From NCBI GenBank assembly GCA_001179505.1, contig CDMY01000759.1, positions 124,001 through 188,000 on the forward strand: a DNA stretch of 64,000 nucleotides, in the 5' to 3' direction. The position numbers and the translations under genes are program-made. This DNA is from Vitrella brassicaformis CCMP3155. Its lineage: Eukaryota; Protista; Chromerida. The notes beneath the pieces are model-generated. The model was not told the DNA's origin, searched no databases, and saw only the letters and a program-made list of their open reading frames with translations. Each line of letters opens with the position of its first letter. The stretch's first letter is position 1. This document shows, piece after piece, positions 25,952-37,422 of this stretch.

Positions 25952-27175
25952 ATGGCTTCAGCGGCCGCTGCTGGACTGTCTGAGATAGTCCAGGTAAAGA
26001 ACACACATGCACACAGCAATGACGCACACAGAGGTCGCTCATTCATTGCAGAAGCAGAGTGTGGAGGCGTTCAAGCTGCTGGACAGGGGCAGCACCGGGA
26101 TGCTCACCGCATACCAAATTGCCGTGGCCATGAGATCGCTCGGGTACAGTCAGTACGTCTGTTGAGCGAGCATCTGTATGCATGTGTGTCAACGTTGTGT
26201 GCACACACCGACTGATGTCACTCACTGTATGGTGTAATGCTATGGCTGTCTGGCCACCTGCAGTCATGATCTGGCGGACGAAGAGCTCGACGAAGTCATA
26301 CAAGGCGAGTACAGGCATGTGCGAGACACACACGCACTCACTTGACGAAAGGAAGAACGGTTTTCCCGTCCCTGTCTGTCTGCCTGTCTGCCTGCCTGCC
26401 TGCCTGCGCGTGTGTGTGTTGCTGATGCCATCTCTGCAGAGTACGACGTCCATGTGAGGGGCGGGATCAACCTGGACGACTTCCTGTCGCTGGTGGCCAA
26501 GAAGGAGGAAAACACCGCAGAATATGAGAAACTCGTACACGCTTTCCAAGTCCTCGACAAAGACGGTGACCGTCGGCAGGCAGCAAAGAGATGAATGAAC
26601 GAATCCTGGGTGGAATTGACACGTGTGTGTGAATGGACGGATGAGTGCAGGCAATGGGTTCGTGTCGAAGGAGCGGCTGAAAGAGCTCATGACGACTGTT
26701 GGGGACAAGTACACAGGTGGGGGNNNNNNNNNNNNNNNNNNNNNNNNNNNNNNNNNNNNNNNNNNNNNNNNNNNNNNNNNNNNNNNNNNNNNNNNNNNNN
26801 NNNNNNNNNNNNNNNNNNNNNNNNNNNNNNNNNNNNNNNNNNNNNNNNNNNNNNNNNNNNNNNNNNNNNNNNNNNNNNNNNNNNNNNNNNNNNNNNNNNN
26901 NNNNNNNNNNNNNNNNNNNNNNNNNNNNNNNNNNNNNNNNNNNNNNNNNNNNNNNNNNNNNNNNNNNNNNNNNNNNNNNNNNNNNNNNNNNNNNNNNNNN
27001 NNNNNNNNNNNNNNNNNNNNNNNGGGGGAGTCGATGAGTGGGAGGGTGCGTTGACTGATTGGATGTGTGGTGTGTACTGTACGTCACTGCAGAGGGGGAG
27101 TTCGATGAGCTGATATCAGAGGTCAAGATAAGCTCCGATGGAATGCTCGACTACAGGGAACTCGTGCACCTGTAA
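25952..27175 (+). CDS. Calmodulin-like / myosin-light-chain-like four-EF-hand protein (about 150 aa)
   Basis: Spliced frame MASAAAAGLSEIVQKQSVEAFKLLDRGSTGMLTAYQIAVAMRSLGHDLADEELDEVIQEYD...EKLVHAFQVLDKDGNGFVSKERLKELMTTVGDKYTEGEFDELISEVKISSDGMLDYRELVHL*; one intron spans gap 26724-27023. Confidence 0.9.
26724..27023. other. Scaffold gap (300 N)
   Basis: N run; G tracts on both sides. Confidence 1.
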
Positions 27176-27481
27176 GAAGGAAGACACACACACATGTGGC
27201 AGTCCCATGTCCCATGTGTGTGCGCCTGTGTGTGACGTTGCAGCCTGCTGCGTAGAGGCGACTGACTGACCTCCTGGTGCGTTTGTGTTGTTTATTTGTG
27301 ACAGAGGAGGGAGCAGTGTATATGACTGACACATGGCATGCAGGCTTCACAGGAGAGACACACAAATGGGTCCACATACCGCCACACACACACACACGCA
27401 TGGATGCATGGAAACACAAATTGGTCAGCCAAATATGACAGCCACCCCTTCCGTCCATCCATCCATCCATCCATCCATCCA

Positions 27482-30400
27482 TCAGTCGTCGATAACGATC
27501 TCGATGTGCTGCTGTTGGTGTAGCTGTTGCTGCTGCTGCTGGTGGGCGAAGGTGGCGAGCTCCTGCGGGTCCATGGGGACCCCCTGACGGACATCAACAA
27601 TCATGACCTGAATGAAAGACAGAGACACAAAACATCACAGACATCCATGCCCACTGACTCACTCCATCAGCCACACACCCGCACCCCATGCTGTTTGTTT
27701 CTCTGCACTTACATCGTCGTCGCTCTCATCCTCAGCGTTTTGCCCGGCATTGTTGTTATGATTCTGCTGGTTGTCGGGACGCTCCTCCTCAGCACGCTCC
27801 CCACCCGAACCAACACCCACACCCGCTCCCGCCCCCAGGCCCGCAGCCATGCTCGGCCGGGCAGGGCGGCCATTCCCCCAAGCCGGCGCATGACCCCGAT
27901 CAGCCATCATGTCGTCATCGTCATCGTCTATCACTGCAGCAGCTGCAGCGGCAGCAGGAGCCTGGGGTTCCACATTGCCGTCAGGCCCGTCCAGGATGAG
28001 ACAGTCGTCATCGTCGTCATCTAGCGGGCCGGCGGCCGCAGCCGCCGCTGCTGCTGCTGCTGCGGGCTGCGATCTGTGGGGAGAGAGCGAGGCCCTTCTG
28101 GGTCTGTTTGGGTCCCGCCTGCAGAGCTCCTCGTGGGCCGCCTGGAACTGAGGTGGAGCACCAACTGCACAACGGACGGATGGACGGATGGGGATGGAAC
28201 AGACAGGCCGTAAAGAGGGTGGGTCTAGTGGGTCTGGTGTGTCATTGTGCGTACGTGCGCCGTTGTTGGAGAAGAACAGGGCCTCCTGCAGGGCCTGAAA
28301 GGTTCAACCAATGCACACAGCCAGCCAGCCAGACAGACACACAGCCAGACACACAGACAGACAGATCCTCCGTGTGTGCAGGGTGGGTGGGTGGGTGGAG
28401 GGATGGTGGCTGACCTCCACTTCATGGTTGAAGAATTGCTCGAGTCTGGGGTTGACCACCTGGCTCACAGCAGGACCCGTCATGGCCCCGACTTCGTGCT
28501 CTAGCTCCCGGATGAGCGCGTCCAAGCGGTCCAGAAACAACTGCATGGCATGACACACAAACAGACAGACAGAGGGGGGCCCATGTGTGAAATATATGGA
28601 TATGTGAATGGATGTGTGGTGGTGGTGGCCTGACCGACTGACTCACCTCGAAGTATGCCTCTGTTTGGCGTTTGGGCATGCCCCTGCTGTACCACTTCAG
28701 GGCCTTCTGCTTCGTGTCGAAGAAACCGTACATCTGAACGTAGGTATGGGCCAGCCACAGGTTGACGGAGGGAGGGAGGATACACATCCACCCACCCCAC
28801 CCACATGTCTGTCTGGTGTCTTCGGGTGTGTGGTAAGTGCGTCTGGCCAACCTGACCTTCTTCCTTCTGTCGTAGCCCTCGAACAGGAAGTCAAACACGA
28901 AGTTGCGGGCCTCGATGGTCGCCCACAGTGTGGGGTCCGTCTCACTCAACACTGACACACACACACACACACACACGTCCCTCCTCCCTCCCTCCCTCCA
29001 CTGAGATCTCGACCTCTCTCTCTCTGTGTTGTGTTGCCCACTCCTCCCCCCCCCCCCCCCCCCCCCNNNNNNNNNNNNNNNNNNNNNNNNNNNNNNNNNN
29101 NNNNNNNNNNNNNNNNNNNNNNNNNNNNNNNNNNNNNNNNNNNNNNNNNNNNNNNNNNNNNNNNNNNNNNNNNNNNNNNNNNNNNNNNNNNNNNNNNNNN
29201 NNNNNNNNNNNNNNNNNNNNNNNNNNNNNNNNNNNNNNNNNNNNNNNNNNNNNNNNNNNNNNNNNNNNNNNNNNNNNNNNNNNNNNNNNNNNNNNNNNNN
29301 NNNNNNNNNNNNNNNNNNNNNNNNNNNNNNNNNNNNNNNNNNNNNNNNNNNNNNNNNNNNNNNNNNCCCCCCCGCCCTTTTACCCTTTTTGAAGTCTCCG
29401 CTCTGCAGGTCCGATTCGATGCGCTCCTTGGCACTCATCGCATAGCGCTTCTTTTCGTCCTCAGACTGGATCGCCGCCGCATTCTGCAAACAATCAAACA
29501 AATCAACATGGACACAGAGAGATAGACAAATGGCGTGTTTGGGCCCGCGCAATGCGTACCATTAGGTAGTTCTCGAATGGCTGGGCCATGAGCTCCCGGG
29601 CACGCTGCTGCGCACGGTTGCGGTCACGGGGGAACTCACGCAAAGCTGCACACGCGTAAAGGCAGGCACGTCCACACAATGGTGCAAACCGTTGTGTGTG
29701 GGTGAGGGGAGGGGAGGGGGGAGGGTTACCCTGTGCGCTGTTTTGCAGCGGCAAACCGATATCGCGGACCAGACGAGCCAACTCAGTAGGATCCACTGAA
29801 CACACCACACACACAGAAACCACGACCTCACCCGTTGTGCGCCTTCTTGCTTTCCGCCCGCCCATCGGCTGTCTGTCTGTCTGTCTGTGTTACGTACGTC
29901 CTCTGACGTTGACCTGGACTCTCCGCGGCCCCTGCGGTGCAGCTGCGGCCGCTGCAGCACCAGCGGAAGCCCCTCCGTTGCCCTCACCACCGTCCTCGTC
30001 CTCCTTCTTCACCCTGCGCGAACACACATACAACCAGCAGCCATGCATTCATAGCCCTCTTCCGGGTGACTCACATTCACAATTGACTGATTTGCTTACT
30101 TGACAGGCGATGGAGGGCATGCCGCAGCTGCAGCAGCAGCAGCTGCTGCCGGTGCCGGTGCTGCGCCAGATGCGGATATGCTACGTCTTTCCCGCCTCTC
30201 TCTGCCNNNNNNNNNNNNNNNNNNNNNNNNNNNNNNNNNNNNNNNNNNNNNNNNNNNNNNNNNNNNNNNNNNNNNNNNNNNNNNNNNNNNNNNNNNNNNN
30301 NNNNNNNNNNNNNNNNNNNNNNNNNNNNNNNNNNNNNNNNNNNNNNNNNNNNNNNNNNNNNNNNNNNNNNNNNNNNNNNNNNNNNNNNNNNNNNNNNNNN

Positions 30401-31336
30401 NNNNNNNNNNNNNNNNNNNNNNNNNNNNNNNNNNNNNNNNNNNNNNNNNNNNNNNNNNNNNNNNNNNNNNNNNNNNNNNNNNNNNNNNNNNNNNNNNNNN
30501 NNNNNNCGGACACGCCGGGGCCGGCCGGGCAGCAGCAGCGGAGGCGGCGGCAGCCGCGCCTCCGCCTCCCACCCTGCGCCTCGGAGCGATCACGCGGTCG
30601 TCATCGTCGCCAGCACTGACACCTCGCAGGCGCCGCTTGTTGCGCAGGACGGGTGGGCCACCGGGATGGTCCGCTGCTGCTGCTGGTGCTGGTGCTGCTG
30701 CGGCATAAGCAGCCCCAGCAGGAGCGGCAGCGGCGGCATAGGGATTCGGATTGGGGTTGGGTGGGTTTGCCAGTTGCAGCCATCCCATGAGTGGGCCGGC
30801 CGGGCCGTGGTTGTTGAGCAGCGGGAGGTTGTGGGGATGGTGTACGGGGCCGTTGGGCAACTGATGAGCCGGGAAGGGGTTGGGGTTGGGATTGGGATTA
30901 TGGGCAGGGGTGTGGACGGGGGGAGGGAGCACGGCTGGTCTCGGATGGCGTCGGATGCGCGGCAAGTTCTCACTGCACACGCCCACACAGTCGCCAGGCA
31001 AGTGTTGGTGTGAGAAGCGTCTCTGTGTGTGTGCGTTGGGCCTCTCACCGTCTGACGTAGTTGACCAGTACGTTGATCAAGTCATCCTGACAGCCGGCGC
31101 AACCAACACACACACACAGCACAATCCATCCGGCTGGCTGGCTGGCTATTTGGCCACCTGCCCTGAATGATTGACTGACTGACCTTGAGGGAGATTCCCT
31201 TCCTGGACAGCCCCCTGTTGTCAATGAGTGTCTTGAGCTCCGCGACCTTCTTGCGCTTCAGCCATGTGGCGATCTCCTCCCGGCTGCCGTCGGCCGGACA
31301 CCCTTCCATCCCACTCATATCTATGTTGCCCGCCAT
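27482..31336 (-). CDS. SAP-domain-containing protein, largely low-complexity; two gaps inside
   Basis: N-terminal WLKRKKVAELKTLIDNRGLSRKGISLK|DDLINVLVNY matches the SAP pattern; downstream exons (DPTELARLVRDIGLPLQ, SETDPTLWATIEARNFVFDFLFEGYDRRKK, LFLDRLDALIRELEHEV) end ...HIEIVIDD* at 27482. Confidence 0.6.
29067..29366. other. Scaffold gap (300 N)
   Basis: N run; poly-C flanks. Confidence 1.
30207..30506. other. Scaffold gap (300 N) within coding sequence of the SAP-domain gene
   Basis: N run. Confidence 1.
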
Positions 31337-31765
31337 CGGTTCTACGGCACGGCAGCTATCTCAAACACTCCTACTGGGGTGATACTTCCACCATCTGCAC
31401 ACACACACCAGCACACACCCGACACGTAAGACATTCGCAGCGCTGCTTGCGGCATCGCCGGCCTCGTTTCTCTGCCTCTTACCTGTCATTGCGCTGGATC
31501 ATGTGCTTCTGCGGTTCTCCCTCTCGGCTGCATCCATGGAAGAGCGCTACAAGGCCTCTCGCTACTCGTGTTTGGTTGCGTAGGCCGCTCCGACGCCGCG
31601 AGAGAACAATGTGCACAGCGTATCTGCAGCTACTCGTACAAACACGCGACAAGGAGCCCTTGGAGGCGTCGTCGGGAAAGCCAAAAGAGGGTTGCAAGCT
31701 CAACATCAAGAGCTCGCTGCAGATCTCGGGCAATGGTTCAATCGTCTTCCCCTCTCGTGCACAAC

Positions 31766-33412
31766 ATGCTGTTTTCAGTGGTAACCGTATCGGTGTTGGT
31801 GTGTTGGTTTGTCGTGGCCGAAGGCCGACGGATGGGGAGGACGCGGCGAGGCCTGGAGGCGGCCTCCATCCCCGTGGTGGACGACTCTGAGATGGTCATC
31901 TCCCTCGCACATACCGCCGAGGACCTCATCAGGTGAGGGAGCAACCGGGACAAACAAACACACACGTCAGTGTCTGTCTTTGTTTGTCGATCTCACCACT
32001 GCTGGCTGGCTGGTGCGGTTTCTGCCATTCATCTCATTATTCATCAGGTCCAGACGTGCAGTGCCGATGAAGCACCTGCAAGCGCAGTTGAAGCAGCGTC
32101 AGCGCTGCACTCTTCCGCCTCTCATTGAGGCTTCCCCTCCCCCCTCACCCACCACACCACAGCCCCCCGCCCCAAGTGACAAAGCCGCCGACCGGCACGT
32201 GCACGCCGCCGAGAGCACCGGGGCGCCTGACCATGACCGGACCAGTGACGTTCATTTGGACCCGAGAGAGCGGCCATCCGCAGCCACAACCAGCACCACC
32301 AGCAGCACCACCAGCAGCAGCAGCAGCAGCAGCGGCAGCAGCAGCAGCAATGGCAGCGGTGGATTGTGGGGATGGCTCTCTGGTGGATGGTGGGGCACTA
32401 CCAGCGTCGACAGCAGCAGCCGTGCCGGCGACGCGCCCTGCATGCCTGATGTGGTCGAGAAGGTCCGGTCGGCCACTCTGCTGGTGTCGTCCCCCTTCTA
32501 CTGCCGCAAGTGCAATCGGCTGCACACCAACACGGCCACTGGGTTCTTCATCCATCCGTCGGGCCTGGTGGTGACCAACCACCACGTGCTCGACGGGGCG
32601 CTTGGCGAGACGGTCGTGGTCATGGACCATAAGGGGCGCGTCTATGTGGTGGAGGAGGTGTGTGCGGCGAACAAGACCTTTGATTTGGCCATCATCCGGG
32701 TGGGTCTGGAGAAGGGCGAGAGGGTCAACGCTTTGGAGATCGGCACCCCGCCGCCACAGGGGGCCGCGATTGGGGTCATGTCGCACCCCGACGGAAACCT
32801 CTTCACATTCACCGAGTGAGGGAGTGAGTGAATGAGATCGACAGACGCATCCAATCCACCCGATGTGTGAGTATCTCACTCCCTGCCCGCCTGCCTGCAT
32901 GTCCGTGTGTGTGCAGAGGTCGTGTTTCTCGGTATTTCCGTCGCGGTCACAGAGGCCCAGTGGCCATGGCGCTGACCGCAGACTTCGCAAGAGGTACAGA
33001 CAGACACGCCATCAATGAAGACACATCCATCCATGTATCCATTCGTGTCTGTCTGCCAGGTTCCAGTGGAGGTCCTGTGTTTGATTCGAGTGGCGCCGTG
33101 GTGGGCGTGGTGGAGTCCACCCGCACCATCTACTACGACAGGCACGGCGGCGTCCCATCCAATGTCCAGATGGTCATAAAGGCGGCCATCCCCACCCCGT
33201 ACCTCGACTACCTCGTCATACACCCCTCCGACCAACACAGTGGCAACGACGGCAACACCCACCACCCAACCATCACAGCAGAAGGTGGCGCCGAGCCGGC
33301 AGGAGAGCCGACCGATGGCTGTTGTGGAGGGCCGCAGTGCGGCCACCATGGGCAACCTGAGAGAAAGCGCCCCTGGTGGTGGACCAGACGCAAGGCCAGG
33401 GGCAGGCGGTAG
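31766..33412 (+). CDS. Secreted trypsin-like (S1/Trypsin_2, HtrA-type protease domain without PDZ) serine protease
   Basis: Signal-peptide-like MLFSVVTVSVLVCWFVVAEG; catalytic triad motifs GLVVTNHHV (His), FDLAIIRV (Asp), DFARG|SSGGPVFD (Ser); 4 exons. Confidence 0.88.
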
Positions 33413-33984
33413 CAGGTCAGTCAGGTGGTTTCAAGACGCCTGTGGGTGGGTGGCTGGCTGGCTGGCTGGGTGTTTTGTCGTACAGTGTCATGATCTATGA
33501 TTTGTGACGAAAAGTGAGTAGGTCGGTAGGTAGGCCGTCGATCGTTAATCTGCTTTGGTGCACTCCCACACTGGTTTTTGTCTGTCTGTGGTGTGATGGG
33601 ATGGAAGAGAGGCGTGGGCAGGAGTTTTTCTGTCTGTGCGTGGAGCAAGACGTCTGACAGACAGACGGACAGACCACACACACACAGATCAATGACAATT
33701 TGTCAGTATCAAAGATCAGGTCCCGCTGTTGGTGGTCGTCGGCAGACAACGGCGTTGATTGATGCACACATTAATGGATCCACTCAACGGCGTCTGTATG
33801 TCTATGGCACAGAGCGCGGGGGCGGCAAAAACAGCACAGCCCGACAAAATAGCAGAACCGACCGACCGACGCAATATCAAAAGCGTCCGTCCCTGTCTGT
33901 CTGTCTGTCTGTGTGCAGTAGACGGAACGACAGACTCGCGCGCAAGGATCCATGCCATGCACACACCACCACTCCCTCCTCCCT

Positions 33985-34827
33985 TTATTGTGTCTTGACG
34001 GTGTCGTGCCACGTGTGCAGGCGGTGCACGGCCTCCTTCAGGTGACTCAGCGAACGGCAAAAGGCAAACCTACCAACAGACACACAGATCCAAACACATG
34101 GAAACGTGTGTGTGTGTGTAGACAGACTTACCTGAGGTATTGATTCTCTGCCCCTCCCTCCACCGGGACGCCATAGAAGTTGTCACCTACACCATACGAC
34201 AGATAGATGACCATGCACACACAGGCGGGCAGACAGACACACGACAGTCGGCCAATGCAATGCGTACGGTACACACACATCCCATGCATCCCCCGTCCAT
34301 GTGCACCAATCCATCCAGTAATACTCGCCTGGGACACATGCGACCCCCACTTGTTTCGTGAGGTAAATGGCGGCCTCGGTCGGGCCCATCGAGCCTATCA
34401 CCGGCACGCCTCCATACCTACACATCACATCAACACACTCACCATGGACGGGAGGGAGGCACATGCACACGTGTAGATGAATGCGTGTACGTGTGTGGGT
34501 GTGTGGGGGGGGGGGGGGGGGGGGGCCNNNNNNNNNNNNNNNNNNNNNNNNNNNNNNNNNNNNNNNNNNNNNNNNNNNNNNNNNNNNNNNNNNNNNNNNN
34601 NNNNNNNNNNNNNNNNNNNNNNNNNNNNNNNNNNNNNNNNNNNNNNNNNNNNNNNNNNNNNNNNNNNNNNNNNNNNNNNNNNNNNNNNNNNNNNNNNNNN
34701 NNNNNNNNNNNNNNNNNNNNNNNNNNNNNNNNNNNNNNNNNNNNNNNNNNNNNNNNNNNNNNNNNNNNNNNNNNNNNNNNNNNNNNNNNNNNNNNNNNNN
34801 NNNNNNNNNNNNNNNNNNNNNNNNNNN

Positions 34828-34867
<40 letters not shown>

Positions 34868-37032
34868 CCCACACACTGACTGAGACTGACCTTGCGAACA
34901 GGTAGTAGGCTCCCTCCGGCTCACTGGCGCGGAAACCCACAGACAAGAGACCCTTGAGCAGCACGTCACGCTTCACCTACACACACACGCCCACACAGGA
35001 AGGTCATCTTCATGTGTGTGTGTGTGTGTCCGTTTCAAGGATCTCAAAGCACAGCATACCTCGTAGGCGTCTTTGATCCCCGCAAAGGTGGCCTTGTCAG
35101 CATGGAGCAGCGTCTGGACGGCCCGCTGCAGCGGGGTGGGCGCCTGCATCGCTATCGTGTCGTGAATCGCCCTGCAGCCACGTACACACAGATGGGCATC
35201 TGTGTGAGCGACGGACGCGACCTGTGCGGGCGTGTTGTGTGTGTGTACCTGATTTTGGATGTGATATCCCTGCTGGCGATGACCCAGCCCACCCGCCACC
35301 CCGTTGCAGAGCCCGTCTTGGACATGCTGTTCACTGCGTGTATGCCATGCATGTGACAGACACACGTGACGCACACTCACTCACATCATCCATCCGTTGA
35401 GGTGTGTGTGTGTGTGTTTATGTGTCCTTAACTTACCGATGATGGCGTTGTCTTTCATGTCTGGCCAAGCGGCGACGCAGTAGTGGGGCGTCGACGTGTA
35501 GATGATGTGCTCTGCATACACAGACATACAAATCAACACACACACACACACAGGCACACAAGAAATGCGTTCATGGTGTAGACGGCGTTGTAGTGGGACA
35601 CCACCCCTGGCTGTCTACCTACTGAGCTACGTACCATATATTTCGTCAGTGACGAGATAGACGTTGTGCTGCACACACAGGTCGCAGATGGACTGCAGCT
35701 CCCGCTCTGAGAAGACCTTTCCCGTCGGGTTGTGCGGCGAGTTGCTGACACACACACACACACACAGAGTCAGAGATGGAGATGGTTGCGCATGATCCTT
35801 CCCTCCATCCCTCCATGTGACTGTGCGGTGGGTGGGCTTACAGCAGCAGCACTCGTGTGTTGGGCAAGGCCAGCTTGCTCTCCAGACCAGCCATGTCCAG
35901 ATGCCATCCTGACGGCCACCAAACAGCACGCCATACCCACACCACACACACACACAGACGGACATCTTCCTCTCTGGCCCGTGAGCCATTGAGTGGCCGT
36001 ACCGCCTCCGTCTTCGATGAGCGAGACGAAGTGCGGCTGGAGGTGGAAGACCTTGACCTGGTTGACATACATCTCGTGAAAGGGCTGAACCACCACCACA
36101 CCTGACCAGTCAACCGTACACAGACAGACAGACATATCAAGACCTTCACCGACCTTCTCAGGCATACCGTCTCCCGCCTTGGTGACGGCCCGCAGGACGG
36201 CCGACATGCCCTCCGTCGCACCCAGGCACACTGAGCACAGACACACACACGCAGGCCCATCCTCATGCTCATGCTCATTCGTATGCAGAGATTCGTGTGC
36301 AGCGAATGCCTACCTGTGATTTCATCGTCAGGGTCGGGTCGGCATCCATAGAATTTGTTGTAGTACTCGCTGATGGCGTGACGCAGCTGCGAACGACCGA
36401 ACCTGTCAACGGCACCACACACACACACACACACACACACTCTCTCTCTCTCAAACCAGTCGACGTGTGTATGGCCCATGTGGGCTGTGCTTACGGAAAG
36501 GAGTATTGGTTGAGCAGATCTTCGGACTTCCGGAGTTTCCTGACACAGACCGAAGATGCACCGCAGCCATGGTCCATGTGTGAGCCCACCCGAACACGTC
36601 CTTGAGTGTGTATTTGGTGAGGTCCTCCTTCTCCGAAACACCCAACACCCCCCTCAGCGAGGCCTCATCGACAGTGATGTTGTCGATGTCCGCCGCGCCA
36701 TCGTCATCTCCACCGATGAGTGACGTCACGGCGCCCCAGACCATCTCTGCATTGGGCGGCTCGTTGGGGAACCCTGCACACCAAAGAAGGACAGGCAGAA
36801 AGGGGGAGGCAAGGCAGATATGGCCGTGTGATTCAGGGCATCTCATCTCTTGATGTACCCTGGCTGAGGTTGATGGCCTTGTGCTCCACGGCGAGACGCT
36901 GGATGAACCGAAAGAAAGCAATCTGTGCAAGGGTGGGTGGAGGCTTTCTTCCTCTGTGCCCTTGCTTACCGTCATCTTGCGAATGACGCTCTCGGCTGGA
37001 CCTTCACCCACATTCAGAGCGCCGTTCTGCAT
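33985..37032 (-). CDS. PLP-dependent class I/II aminotransferase (kynurenine/methionine aminotransferase-like)
   Basis: ESVIRKMT|RLAVEHKAINLSQGFPNEP, NQYSFPFG, VCLGATEG, NSPHNPTGKVF, VTDEIY, SMSKTGSATGWRVGW (PLP lysine), PEGAYYLF, VACVPG, LRFAFCR; stop TAA at 33985. Confidence 0.92.
34528..34827. other. Scaffold gap (300 N)
   Basis: N run; long poly-G flanks. Confidence 1.
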
Positions 37033-37126
37033 CCTTCTCACCGTCCAGGAGCCGGGAGGCCTTCTTGCTTCTTTGCCGCTGCAGATCTGCTGCCTTTGCC
37101 TCCAGATCTTCACCACTGGGGCCCAA

Positions 37127-37134
37127 AGCTCGCA
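37127..37134 (-). promoter_or_regulatory. TGCGAGCT candidate cis-element
   Basis: agctcgca between ATGs 37032(-) and 37423(+). Confidence 0.4.
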
Positions 37135-37422
37135 AAAAACGAGAAATGGACGGGGCACGGCCTGATTGGCTTGTGAGTCTCGCGAGCACATGCAGATGCC
37201 TGTCGGCATTCCATTGCTCCATACATGCAGATCTGGCACCGGCCCCATTGCAGCGTGTTGCATGCATTCTGATCGTTTGCAAGCCTAAACAAACAAAATG
37301 GAGGCTGCCTCGATACCAACAGATCTGACAAGCCTCCTTTCCCCCTCCGCTACGCACCGGCGCGGTCTGTGCGAATCTGTGGATCTTCGCTAACGAGATC
37401 TCTGTCTTGTGTTGTGGCCATC

